This document shows positions 10,001-18,942 of a DNA stretch of 64,000 nt, one piece after another. Position 1 is the stretch's first letter; every line of letters begins with the position of its first letter. The notes under the pieces are model-generated. The model was not told the origin of the DNA. It did not search any database and saw nothing but the letters and a program-made list of their open reading frames with translations. Source of the DNA: Candidatus Melainabacteria bacterium (GTDB lineage: Bacteria > Cyanobacteriota > Vampirovibrionia > 2-02-FULL-35-15); contig JAHFBF010000007.1 in assembly GCA_023250195.1 (NCBI GenBank), positions 1,128 to 65,127 of the forward strand, read 5' to 3'. The translations under genes were made by a program, and so were the position numbers.

Positions 10001-10567
10001 TTTAAATTAATCTATTCAGGTGAAATGCCAGTTCAGTTACGAATCCTTTATCAGCTGCATGAAAGATCAAGAAAAAGATCTCTGAATAAATTTGATTATG
10101 CTTCACTTAGAGCAAAAACATTACCAACTACAAATATTACATCTATAGTTAATCCTGAGGATGGCAGTGTTGCAACTCAACTGATTGATAAAGAATTACT
10201 TTCCTGTATACCTAAATGGTGGCCAACCAATCGCGGTGAGCCTATTGCTGTACCATTGCTTTATTACAATAGTACTCTTTATGTAGGTATCCATGAAAGT
10301 TCATCAGATAAATTAGGACAAACACTTATAGGGTCTGCTAAAGACTGTGAAGTTAAATTAATTCAGATTAAAGAACCTTCATGGTCAGTACTTGTTGAAT
10401 TTTTCAGAAGAAACCATCGTTATAAAGCTGAAGTCAAGGGTAAAGAAGCAATAAAACAGTTTATTCAAAAAGCGGAAGAAGATAGAGCTATAGAAAATCT
10501 CGCTGCACTTAGAAAAGCAGTGCCAGAATATAAAAAAGAAACTCTACAAAAGACATTCCAGTCTTAG
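7025..10567 (+). CDS. Large orphan protein with Trp-rich repeats (DUF4046-like), acidic linker and possible GspE/PilB N-terminal-like C-terminal domain
   Basis: 1180 aa. Motifs GENPPVREWLVSATNKW, IIDELTRYIVERKLKL, AALKRVYPHLFGW and SSGMWDSEAGEKLF; Ser/Pro/Thr-rich N-terminus. Confidence 0.75.
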   Translation: MSINLTVRSVGIPKTGPVTPSDSLAINGSATDHRNGSSPTVNTSALAILLSRASISPLARTKIEPGADTKEAAGSKNKTIGSQQIKFTPYTHPTPGQSEVCIRGKGKDSKILIPYDPKTIPDPKQIPRSEIKINGLNNDYIKQARRVSDAILEEWKAAYGLRAEYATVRDAYTEELKGSFKYKVKDAGDEGQEQKRIKVRYKSTEAKTALRGEMSAAKRKCEEHPFGRLYGKHTSTTMEVFNGVYEQKANELIALDKVDLKDDPAFKTLVAYLCLRKEKEAGLSMLPHGLLNHDDEHLVEKVRVLGTYLFVNKLGLDTAEKFERFKNWTNAFNEGDLPQVGKLISNVELLKLMLPGYLDGENPPVREWLVSATNKWRGDDSELLAIKRNAERACKHVISAQEGIVKEDGTIDVEKFAEKDWGKIFHEEKYGLRGAIGPCIYIPGVIGAINLAIPGMIGGKNGLPRAKFKYPDKWDEGSRLEIIDELTRYIVERKLKLTDEHGKATAEKIKQVTNWHEQFDEECAGCLRRSGVMTAEAALKRVYPHLFGWRTETDQVNPGDIRSSGMWDSEAGEKLFKLKFAKSLHTVFEKLKEAGIEGFENHGVKFYPNIEYPLRLPRKDFISLKNYYIAHGISWQEHFLVFNLAGGFAEVCKSTERAFELTLGKKNKRTNCFGTTDILVADVIDKNPIRNSLLIDLLKDFPPHLKGADIKINNSEKSLRRPDYTGVEDTCLEPLLAHRPQSIVLEKTEALYNAFAAAVLPCQKKDKETQVKDNFTALEKILSAVYPTGDRKNDLILSDRRLVHLLTAIRDNIIDETNIDGELKARLKDLITRICSVKKPSNTPREVLLAACQTDIRYGERFNALGTLNKVIEHVFELMAIHEMRYLRENDSNTSHFQRVLGSLEIVEGSKELEEDVVEEVTDEEVTEQAEEADPIRPPDEDDELPDVDLGIVTEQTKRIAEGREEEEETIIRTLVEIAQNKTSGRRPLTELFKLIYSGEMPVQLRILYQLHERSRKRSLNKFDYASLRAKTLPTTNITSIVNPEDGSVATQLIDKELLSCIPKWWPTNRGEPIAVPLLYYNSTLYVGIHESSSDKLGQTLIGSAKDCEVKLIQIKEPSWSVLVEFFRRNHRYKAEVKGKEAIKQFIQKAEEDRAIENLAALRKAVPEYKKETLQKTFQS

Positions 10568-10613
10568 CAACTTAATTTACTTCTGCCTTGATACGATTTA
10601 TAATTAATTTTCC

Positions 10614-11096
10614 ATGGAATCAATCCTATCCAAAATTAAAATCGAAAAAGCCAAGGCAGAAGATTGGCAGGAGATCCTGCAACTCATGAAAGAAACAGAT
10701 AGAACTGTTTTCTTTACTGGGAAAGAAAGTTATGAAAAATTCTATGTTGTACGAGAGCCTGATCCAGAAAAGATTATTTGTTCATTTGCAATTGAGTTTA
10801 AAAATGAAATTGCAATTTTAAAATTTTTAGGTGTGAAAAAAATCTTGCAGAGAAGTGGAGCAGGTAAGCACATTGTTAACAAAACTCCTGAACTGTTAAA
10901 AAAACTGGGAATTAAAAAGCTTTATGCCTCCACATGGGAAGCCCCGGGGTTCTGGAATAAAACTGTTTTTAAAGAAATTGAAATTAAAGATATAAAAGAT
11001 AAATTCTTTTTGGATTATTTAGGTGAACTTGAAAAAGGATTTCCATATGAATACAATAATCTTCTAAAAAATTATTTGCTTCAGATAAGTGACTAA
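10614..11096 (+). CDS. GNAT family N-acetyltransferase
   Basis: LGVKKILQRSGAGK acetyl-CoA motif A; APGFWNKTVF motif B. Confidence 0.8.
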   Translation: MESILSKIKIEKAKAEDWQEILQLMKETDRTVFFTGKESYEKFYVVREPDPEKIICSFAIEFKNEIAILKFLGVKKILQRSGAGKHIVNKTPELLKKLGIKKLYASTWEAPGFWNKTVFKEIEIKDIKDKFFLDYLGELEKGFPYEYNNLLKNYLLQISD

Positions 11097-11244
11097 TCCC
11101 TACGAAAACAGTCTGCTTTAAAGGGTCTTTTAAGGTTAAAAAATTAAAACATTATAAAATCTCTATTTAATTTAATAGATTTTAATCCCTTCGCTAAAAG
11201 CATTCCACAGCATGTTTCTACGGTGTTGTACAATCATCTTCATA

Positions 11245-12174
11245 ATGGACAGTTTAAAACAAAAAAGAATTTTAATTGTTGGAGCTGGTGCCATAGGATG
11301 TTATTTTGGTGGAAAGCTTATACAAAATGATTTTAATGTAACTTTTGTTGCCCGTGGGAAAACCCTTGAAACACTAAAACAAAATGGATTGACTATAAAG
11401 GAAAAAAATGTCTTATCTAATTTTCCAATAAATGTTGTCTCTGATACACAAGACTTAGGGACATTTGAATATATTTTTATGTGTGTAAAATCAAAGGATA
11501 CAAAGTCTGCTACAGAAAAAATAAAAGATAACATTTCAAAAAATACTTCTGTAGTTTCTTTTCAAAACGGAATTGACAATGAAGAAATTATAGGCAGTGT
11601 GATTGGAATAGATAAAGTTATTGGTGCATCTTTATATGTTGCTTCTAAGATGATAGAACCAGCTATAGTAGAAACCACAGGAATAGTTTATTTAGAAGTC
11701 GGGGAATTAAATAGAACAAAAACAGACAGGATCCTGGAACTTCAAAATATTTTAAAAACTTCTGGTATTGATTGTAACGTTTCATTCGATATATGGGCTG
11801 AGCTATGGAATAAGCTCATAAGAAATGCTTCTATAAACCCTATAAGTGTTTTAAGTAGAAAAACTGTAGGTGAAGTATTGGATGATAAAAAACTATATGA
11901 ATTATTGAGAAGCACCATGCTTGAAGTAAAACATGTAGCATTTTTAAATGGGATCAATATTGAGGATGAAATTGTAGATTTTCACTTAAAAAATCTAAAT
12001 GAATACAGAAGCTTTAAGACCTCTATGCTTCAGGACTTTGAAGCAGGCAAACCAATTGAGTTGGAAGAACTTGTCGGAGTAGTAGTCAGAAAAGCAAAAG
12101 AGAAAAATATTTCTGTACCAAACACTGAAAGTGTTTATAATAGTTTATTAAAGCTGACCAGTGTTTATGCATAA
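11245..12174 (+). CDS. panE: 2-dehydropantoate 2-reductase (ApbA/PanE family), copy 1
   Basis: GAGAIG, CVKS, SFQNG, WNKL and TSMLQD motifs. Confidence 0.9.
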   Translation: MDSLKQKRILIVGAGAIGCYFGGKLIQNDFNVTFVARGKTLETLKQNGLTIKEKNVLSNFPINVVSDTQDLGTFEYIFMCVKSKDTKSATEKIKDNISKNTSVVSFQNGIDNEEIIGSVIGIDKVIGASLYVASKMIEPAIVETTGIVYLEVGELNRTKTDRILELQNILKTSGIDCNVSFDIWAELWNKLIRNASINPISVLSRKTVGEVLDDKKLYELLRSTMLEVKHVAFLNGINIEDEIVDFHLKNLNEYRSFKTSMLQDFEAGKPIELEELVGVVVRKAKEKNISVPNTESVYNSLLKLTSVYA

Positions 12175-12193
12175 TTTTTAAAGTCAATATTCC

Positions 12194-13165
12194 ATGAAAA
12201 GTATTAAAGATAAAAAGTTATTAATCTATGGCACTGGTGCTGTCGGTGGGTATTATGGTGGTGCACTGGTTAAAGCCGGATATGATGTTACTTTCGTGGC
12301 ACGTGGAAAAACTTATGCGGTATTAAGAGAAAATGGATTAACTTTAATTACAGACGGTAAAAAAGAAATAATACCTATCAATGTAAATGCAATTCATGAA
12401 TTACCTCAACAGGAGAGATTTGATTACATTTTTATCTGTGTAAAATCAAAAGATACAAAAGTTGCCGCAGAACAAATTAAAAATAATGTAGGTCCGAGTA
12501 CAAGTGTTTTATCATTTCAAAATGGTGTAGATAATGAAGAAATTATTGGGGGAATTGTTGGGATTGATAAAGTTATCGGAGCAAATGTATATGTAGCTTC
12601 AATGCAAATGGAACCTGGAGTAATTGACCAGTTTGGATATAATGCAGTTGTAATTGGAGAGTTAGATCGAAAGCAATCAAAAAGGGTCTCAGAGCTAAAA
12701 AATATCCTTGAATCAGCAGGAATTTTATGTACTATTCCGGCAGATATCATGGCTGAACTCTGGAATAAGCTCGTTTGGAATGCATCATTTAACCCGGTAA
12801 GTGTTGTAACAGGAGAAACTGTAGATAAGATTTTAGAAAACAAGGAATTATTTGAACTTGTAAGAAACATTATGATAGAGGTAAGAGATGTCGCTATTGC
12901 ACATGGAATTAATATAAGAAAAGACACTGTTGAATTTAATTTAGAAAGATCAAAAGGAGTTAATAAAAGAACTATGGATGGAGCTCAGAATTTTATTGGT
13001 TTTAAAACCTCTATGCTTCAGGATTTTGAAAGAGGCAAACCACTGGAAATAGAAGAGCTGGCAGGCGTAGTAATTAGAAAAGCTAAAGAGAAGAATATCC
13101 CTGTACCAAATATTAAAAAAGTTTATAATGAAGTCAAACAAAAGACGATCAAAACAAAAGTCTAA
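12194..13165 (+). CDS. panE: 2-dehydropantoate 2-reductase (ApbA/PanE family), copy 2
   Basis: GTGAVG, CVKS, SFQNG, WNKLVWN and TSMLQD motifs; tandem paralogue of copy 1. Confidence 0.9.
   Translation: MKSIKDKKLLIYGTGAVGGYYGGALVKAGYDVTFVARGKTYAVLRENGLTLITDGKKEIIPINVNAIHELPQQERFDYIFICVKSKDTKVAAEQIKNNVGPSTSVLSFQNGVDNEEIIGGIVGIDKVIGANVYVASMQMEPGVIDQFGYNAVVIGELDRKQSKRVSELKNILESAGILCTIPADIMAELWNKLVWNASFNPVSVVTGETVDKILENKELFELVRNIMIEVRDVAIAHGINIRKDTVEFNLERSKGVNKRTMDGAQNFIGFKTSMLQDFERGKPLEIEELAGVVIRKAKEKNIPVPNIKKVYNEVKQKTIKTKV
12383..12410. repeat. Degenerate GTAG-type palindrome inside panE copy 2
   Basis: GTAAATGCAATTCATGAATTACCTCAAC, read as VNAIHELPQ; absent from the aligned region of panE copy 1. 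Confidence 0.6.
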
Positions 13166-14447
13166 AAAACAAAAATCTCTTACTATACTTCTTGGATATC
13201 TTCTGCAGATTTTCACTTGTCTCTCTGGCTTTTTGAGCGGTAACTTTTATATTTTCCTTAAATTCTTTATCAGCCACAATACCATTCAATTCACCAGTTA
13301 ATTTATCAAGCTTTTCTGAAAGTGAATTTAAATTTGAAATTGTTTTTGGTAATTCCAGATTCTCCTGCGTTTGTCTTAAATCTTTAATAAAGTCGGATAA
13401 TTCATGAGACGTATCTTTTGCTGTCTGTCCTATTTCCAGAATATCTTTTGCTAAGCCCTGTTCATCCAGAAGTTTAGCAGCCTGAGTAGTAATTACTCTT
13501 AAAGAAGATGTGGTCGATTTAACATCCTGCCTTATCTGCTCATCACCAATTATTTTATTTATATTTTCTCCCACTTCCGTAACACTCTTAGACAAGGTGT
13601 TTGAGCTTGTCGCCAGCTGATCAAGTTTTTCACTTGTTGTGCTTAACAGTAAACCGGCATTATCTACAAGTTTATTTACGCCATGAATCACTGTTCTTAC
13701 ATCCTGAATCGTAGAGACAAGCAATTCAACATCTTCATCCTTCAAGAGTTTATTTATTTTCGTTATTGCTTCTTTAAACGCTTCCGAAGATTCAATATTA
13801 GCTCTCATAAAGCGTTCAAAGCGTAATGGTTCCTGTGTTATAAAAACCTGCTTGAAATTTTTATCAGATGAGACTTGGTTTATCACGGGACTTATCTCTA
13901 CATACTGTTCACCAATAAAACCTGTAGGTACAATGCTAATCTTTGACAATGGTCCAAGCGGTATATTTTTCTTTGTTATTACTAAAGTAAGCTCTACATG
14001 GGTTTTGCTCTCTTTTAATTTCTGCTGCTCATATGCCAGCCCTTGCTGCAAATGTATCCTAGAAACATCCTGAAAATTTTCAAGTTTTTCAGTAAGTACT
14101 TTTATTTCATTTGGAGCTTTTAATTCTGCAATTCTACTTTCTGTTTCTTTTGCCTGCTGGGCTTCTTTAGTACTTAGTTCTAAAAATTCATTTTTATTTT
14201 GTGGCTGATTCTTCAAATCTTTTCCAACTTTGAGAACAGGCTTAATATTTTCAACTACCCCAACTCTAAGCCCACTCCATCTGACAATTGAACCTTCTTC
14301 AAGACCGCTTACATCTTCAAAATGAACTTTTATTTTTTTGATGTTATAAAATTTATAACCTTTTAACCAGAACAAACTAAAAACTAATATAGATAAACCT
14401 AATATTGTTATTAATGAAACTTTTGCTAGGTCTTCTTGTTTTGACAT
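13149..14447 (-). CDS. MlaD/MCE family protein with long helical C-terminus
   Basis: N-terminal TM helix; FEDVSGLEEGSIVRWSGLRVGVV and GFIGEQYVEI motifs. Confidence 0.88.
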   Translation of the reverse strand: MSKQEDLAKVSLITILGLSILVFSLFWLKGYKFYNIKKIKVHFEDVSGLEEGSIVRWSGLRVGVVENIKPVLKVGKDLKNQPQNKNEFLELSTKEAQQAKETESRIAELKAPNEIKVLTEKLENFQDVSRIHLQQGLAYEQQKLKESKTHVELTLVITKKNIPLGPLSKISIVPTGFIGEQYVEISPVINQVSSDKNFKQVFITQEPLRFERFMRANIESSEAFKEAITKINKLLKDEDVELLVSTIQDVRTVIHGVNKLVDNAGLLLSTTSEKLDQLATSSNTLSKSVTEVGENINKIIGDEQIRQDVKSTTSSLRVITTQAAKLLDEQGLAKDILEIGQTAKDTSHELSDFIKDLRQTQENLELPKTISNLNSLSEKLDKLTGELNGIVADKEFKENIKVTAQKARETSENLQKISKKYSKRFLFFRLLF

Positions 14448-14612
14448 AATTTTTTAAACGCTTCGTTGTATCTTCAGTATTTATATTTTATAGGGAACTA
14501 CTATGACTCCTCAGCTATTTTTCTGCATTATTTTACGATACTCGAATTCCCTAAGTACAGAAATCCTCGCTTGAATCCATTCTATAACTAAAAATGCTAA
14601 AATTAACTGCTT

Positions 14613-15779
14613 ATGAAACCAAATGAAACAATTACTCCTCATGGCGGTACATTAATTAACTGCTTTGCAAATAATGTAAATAAATTATCAGAAGAAGCAA
14701 AAAAGCTAACCAGCATCACTGTTACAAAAAGAGTCCTTTGTGACTTAGAAATGTTTGCCATAGGAGCTTTTAGCCCACTTGACGGATTTGTAGGCAAAAA
14801 AGATTATGAATCAATTGTTGAAAATATGCGATTATCAAACAGCTTAATCTGGCCTATTCCAATTACACTTCAGGTAAATAAAGAAATATATGAAAAAGTT
14901 AAAAGTCAAAATAAAATTGCACTAAAAGACGAATCTGGTAAAATTGTTGCGACTTTAAATTTGAAAGAGATTTATGAGCCTGATCTAAAAAAAGAAGCTG
15001 AGCTGGTTTTCAGGACATCGGACTTAAATCACCCTGCTGTTAAATATTTGTTTGAAGCCGGGGAATACTATCTGGCTGGAGATATAAAAGTTTTAAAAAG
15101 CACCTATGATGAGTTTCCTGAATATAATCTGGGCTGTGCAAAGACAAGAGAAATATTTTCTGAAAAAGGCTGGAAACAGGTTGTTGCATTTCAGACAAGA
15201 AATCCTGTACACAGAGCTCATGAATATTTGCTAAGGGTTGCACTTGAAACCGTCGATGGTTTAATGCTTCACCCAACTATGGGTGAAACGAAAGGTGATG
15301 ATATTCCAGCAAATATAAGAATGAAATGTTATAAGGAAATTCTAGAAAAATATTTTCCAAAGAATAGAACATTGCTGTGTATAATGCCGGCAAGTATGCG
15401 TTATGCAGGACCAAGAGAAGCAATTTTACATGCCATTATCAGGAAGAACTACGGCTGCAGTCATTTTATAATAGGGCGTGATCATGCAGGAGTAGGAAAT
15501 TATTACGGAACCTATGATGCACAAAAAATATTCAGTGAATTTAACCCAAATGAGCTTGGAATTACGCTTTTATTTTTTGAACACAGCTTTTACTGTAAAG
15601 CCTGCGATGAAATGGCATCTTATAAAACCTGCCCACATGATGCTTCTAATCACATGATACTGAGCGGTACCAAAGTAAGGGAAATGCTTAAAAATGGCGA
15701 AATACCACCTGTAGAATTCACAAGACCTGAGATAGCTAAAATATTAATTGAGAGTATGAGAGAAAAGACAGTAGCATAA
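14613..15779 (+). CDS. sat: Sulfate adenylyltransferase
   Basis: PHGG, AFQTRNPVHRAHE, MRYAGPREA, GRDHAG and LSGTKVREML motifs. Confidence 0.97.
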   Translation: MKPNETITPHGGTLINCFANNVNKLSEEAKKLTSITVTKRVLCDLEMFAIGAFSPLDGFVGKKDYESIVENMRLSNSLIWPIPITLQVNKEIYEKVKSQNKIALKDESGKIVATLNLKEIYEPDLKKEAELVFRTSDLNHPAVKYLFEAGEYYLAGDIKVLKSTYDEFPEYNLGCAKTREIFSEKGWKQVVAFQTRNPVHRAHEYLLRVALETVDGLMLHPTMGETKGDDIPANIRMKCYKEILEKYFPKNRTLLCIMPASMRYAGPREAILHAIIRKNYGCSHFIIGRDHAGVGNYYGTYDAQKIFSEFNPNELGITLLFFEHSFYCKACDEMASYKTCPHDASNHMILSGTKVREMLKNGEIPPVEFTRPEIAKILIESMREKTVA

Positions 15780-15789
15780 ATTACTGTTT

Positions 15790-16119
15790 TTACTGGCTTT
15801 CAAGCCAAGCCTGCATTTCTGCTCTTCCATATTCTCTTTGTTCATCTTCCCGGAAAGAGTCTTCCTTTATTGGGGTAATAGTCCCTTTTAATACTGCAAT
15901 AGTGTAATCCACTAACTTGTCTCTAAATTCTAAACTAATAGGTGGATTACCCTGTTCAGAAATCTGCTCATTGACTGCTCTGGTTACTTGTTCACGTGTA
16001 GAGCTTTGTGTAAGTCCAATTGTCTTCATCCACTGTTCTCTAAGTAGGGGCACTTCGTCAGGAGTAACCTTTTGAGAAAGTATGATTTGTCTATTAAATC
16101 TTAATGGATCTATTAACAT
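15790..16119 (-). CDS. Hypothetical protein (109 aa)
   Basis: ORF filling the gap between sat and trpC; GAGGA SD upstream. Confidence 0.6.
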   Translation of the reverse strand: MLIDPLRFNRQIILSQKVTPDEVPLLREQWMKTIGLTQSSTREQVTRAVNEQISEQGNPPISLEFRDKLVDYTIAVLKGTITPIKEDSFREDEQREYGRAEMQAWLESQ

Positions 16120-16233
16120 AAAATATTCCTCAACTTATATAATTAAAGAATACTAAACTAATCTTTTAAAGACAACTTTAAAAGATTAAATCTTTCTAAA
16201 GATAGGCATAAAAATACCGGTACACTGAAGTTT

Positions 16234-17067
16234 ATGAACATTTTAGAAGAAATCATTGCTTACAAAAAAACTGAAATAGAAAAATCTAAAGAGAATTTAC
16301 CTCTTGATAAATTAAAAAATTTGATCAGTAGAGACGCGGTTAACCGCGTCTCTACCATACAATTTGCACAAGCATTAAAAGACAAGATCGATAAAAAACA
16401 AATCGCTTTAATCACAGAAATTAAAAAAGCCTCTCCTTCAAAAGGCATAATTAGAGCTGATTTTAATCATCTGGAAATAGCAAAGTCATATAAATCAGGT
16501 GGTGCAACATGTTTATCAGTACTTACTGATGAAAAATATTTCCAAGGAAATCTTAAATATATTTCAGAAATTAAAAATGTCTGTGATTTGCCCGTGCTCA
16601 GAAAAGATTTTATAGTAGATTCTTATCAGATCTACGAATCAATTCATAATCAGACTGATTGTATTTTATTAATTGTCGGGGCATTAGACAAGAATCAATT
16701 AAAAGAATTATTTGAATTATCATGTGAGATTGGAATTGATACGCTAATCGAGATCCATAACGAAAGAGAGATGGAGATTGCGTTAGACATTGTAGGGTCA
16801 GGTCGCGACCTGACCCTACTGGGGATAAACAATCGAAACCTTAAAACCTTTGAAACAGATTTACAAGTAACAATAAATTTGGCGGGGAAATATAAAAAGG
16901 ATTTACAAAATAAAATTATCGTCAGTGAATCAGGAATATTTACGAATGAAGATATTAAATCATTAATAGAACATAATGTTTATGCATTCCTGGTGGGAGA
17001 AAGTTTAATGAGAGAAGAAGATATCGAAATAGCTACAAAGAAATTAATTGGTTCTATTTCTTTATAA
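16234..17067 (+). CDS. trpC: Indole-3-glycerol phosphate synthase
   Basis: EIKKASPSKG, LSVLTD, LRKDF, GINNRNL and SESGI motifs. Confidence 0.97.
   Translation: MNILEEIIAYKKTEIEKSKENLPLDKLKNLISRDAVNRVSTIQFAQALKDKIDKKQIALITEIKKASPSKGIIRADFNHLEIAKSYKSGGATCLSVLTDEKYFQGNLKYISEIKNVCDLPVLRKDFIVDSYQIYESIHNQTDCILLIVGALDKNQLKELFELSCEIGIDTLIEIHNEREMEIALDIVGSGRDLTLLGINNRNLKTFETDLQVTINLAGKYKKDLQNKIIVSESGIFTNEDIKSLIEHNVYAFLVGESLMREEDIEIATKKLIGSISL
16328..16355. repeat. Perfect 28 bp GTAG palindrome inside trpC
   Basis: GTAGAGACGCGGTTAACCGCGTCTCTAC, read as SRDAVNRVST. Confidence 0.92.
16792..16819. repeat. Perfect 28 bp GTAG palindrome inside trpC
   Basis: GTAGGGTCAGGTCGCGACCTGACCCTAC, read as VGSGRDLTL immediately before the LGINNRNL motif. 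Confidence 0.92.
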
Positions 17068-17818
17068 TCTTTAAGATTCCACAGCTAATAAAATACAATA
17101 AAATCAATATCCCACTTACAATGCTCATATTAAAAGGATCTGGAGTAGGGGTAAGAACAGCACCAAGAATTACACCTGATAACACTGCATATTTCCATCT
17201 TTTTACAAGCATTTCAGAATTCACAATGCCAACATTTGCCAAAGCTAAAATTATAATTGGCAAGAGAAAGGTAGAACCACATATTGCCATAATCATTAAA
17301 GCAAATGAAACAAAGCTTTCAATGCTTATACTTGTAGAAATTATATCTTTCCCAAATCCAAATAAAAAATTTAACATTGATGGAACTACAAAAAAATAAG
17401 CAAAAACAGCTCCAGTAAAAAACAAAAATGGTGCCCCTGCCACTATTGGAACAGCAATATTTTTTTCTTTTTTAGTTAATCCAGGAAGTATAAAACTTGC
17501 AAGCTGCCAAATGATAATCGGTGAAGCACTTATAATTCCTGCAAATAAAGCTACTCGCAAACTTGTAAAAAAGAATTCTCCTGGTCTGATTTGTAGAAAT
17601 GTTGTCTCAAGCGGAGCAATGTTAGTTAGTAATTTAACGATTTCTTTGCTACACAAAAACCCAATAAGAGTTGTAATGCAAACAGTAAAAAGTGAAATTA
17701 TAATTTTATTTCTTAATTCATCAAGATGTATAGATAGAGGCATTAGAGTTTCTATATTTTCATTGTTGATATCTTTCTTTTTATACAAGTCAAGTTCTTT
17801 TGTAGAAATTGGTTTCAT
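17054..17818 (-). CDS. tatC: Twin-arginine translocase subunit TatC
   Basis: HLDELR, PGEFF, FILPGL and LTPTPDP motifs; multiple TM segments. Confidence 0.95.
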   Translation of the reverse strand: MKPISTKELDLYKKKDINNENIETLMPLSIHLDELRNKIIISLFTVCITTLIGFLCSKEIVKLLTNIAPLETTFLQIRPGEFFFTSLRVALFAGIISASPIIIWQLASFILPGLTKKEKNIAVPIVAGAPFLFFTGAVFAYFFVVPSMLNFLFGFGKDIISTSISIESFVSFALMIMAICGSTFLLPIIILALANVGIVNSEMLVKRWKYAVLSGVILGAVLTPTPDPFNMSIVSGILILLYFISCGILKIIKK

Positions 17819-18942
17819 TTTAATATTGCAAGATCATCTCTATGAATTACTGTTTCTCCATAAGTATAACCCAATGCTTTTTCTATATCAGCACTTTTTA
17901 AGCCAATTATCTTTTCAAGCTCTGCTTTTCCATAATTTGTAATCCCTTTCGCAAAGGGAGAATTTGAATCCAATAAACAAATTTCAACTCCTGAACCCCT
18001 TTCAAAATTTCCTGAGACTTTCTTAACCCCGGCAGGCAAAAGACTTTTGCCATTAGTTAAAATTGCTTTTTGGGCGCCTGAGTCTACATAAATTTTCCCT
18101 GCAGCAATTAATGTATGAGCTATCCAGCTTTTTCTTTTTTCTACTTTATTTGAACCTGGAAGAAAAGTCGTACCTATTCTTTTATTTTCCAAAAGATCTA
18201 AAATTGCTTCAGGGTTTTTACCATAAATTATATGAGTGATAATTCCTACAGATGTAGCAAGTTTTGCCGCCTGAATCTTTGTAGTCATTCCACCAAGACT
18301 AAACTCACTGCCTTCACCTGAAGCCATCTTTTCGATTTGTGGAGTAATTTTTTCTACAAGTGATATAAGCTTTGCATCTTTATTCTTTTTCGGATTACTG
18401 TCATAAAGACCTTCTTCATCAGTAAGTATAATCAAGTGATCTGCAGAAATTAAATCACTGACAAGAGCACTTAACATGTCATTATCACCAAACCTTATTT
18501 CTTCACTTGCTACCGCATCATTTTCATTTATTATTGGAAGAATGTTCATGTTAAACATTTCTAAAATTGTCTCTCTGGCATTAATATAAATTTCTCTTTG
18601 AGCAAATCCATCTCTAGTTAAAAGAATCTGTGCAACAGGAATACCATGTTTTGAAAAATATTTTTCATAAGTCTGCATTAGCAATGCCTGTCCAACTGCA
18701 GCAGCAACCTGCTTTCCTAAAATCGTTTTTGGCTTCCTTGAAAGAGACAACTTCTTTACTCCAAGCGCTACAGCCCCTGAAGTAACCAAGACAACCTTAT
18801 GTCCTGATTTTTTTAATTTTGAAATTACATTTGTAAGTTTTTCAATAATTTCAATGTTTATTGCATTAACACTATCTAAAGAACTTAATGTAGCAGTACC
18901 AACTTTAATTACCAATTTTTCTAGTTTTTTATCTGCCGGCAT
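17815..18942 (-). CDS. proB: Glutamate 5-kinase with PUA domain
   Basis: VIKVGT, VTSGAV, INENDAV, FGDNDML and GGMTTK motifs. Start adjusted to 18942. Confidence 0.97.
   Translation of the reverse strand: MPADKKLEKLVIKVGTATLSSLDSVNAINIEIIEKLTNVISKLKKSGHKVVLVTSGAVALGVKKLSLSRKPKTILGKQVAAAVGQALLMQTYEKYFSKHGIPVAQILLTRDGFAQREIYINARETILEMFNMNILPIINENDAVASEEIRFGDNDMLSALVSDLISADHLIILTDEEGLYDSNPKKNKDAKLISLVEKITPQIEKMASGEGSEFSLGGMTTKIQAAKLATSVGIITHIIYGKNPEAILDLLENKRIGTTFLPGSNKVEKRKSWIAHTLIAAGKIYVDSGAQKAILTNGKSLLPAGVKKVSGNFERGSGVEICLLDSNSPFAKGITNYGKAELEKIIGLKSADIEKALGYTYGETVIHRDDLAILK

Noticed and set aside
14490-14555. TAGGGAA...TTCCCTA inverted repeat between mlaD and sat as a SAM riboswitch
   Set aside because: It lacks the SAM-I core motifs, and a single short IR is insufficient.
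17121-17942. Plus-strand ORFs over tatC, and similar short antisense ORFs over panE, thrC, gmk, uvrB and yibE
   Set aside because: They are antisense shadows of well-supported genes and have no motifs.
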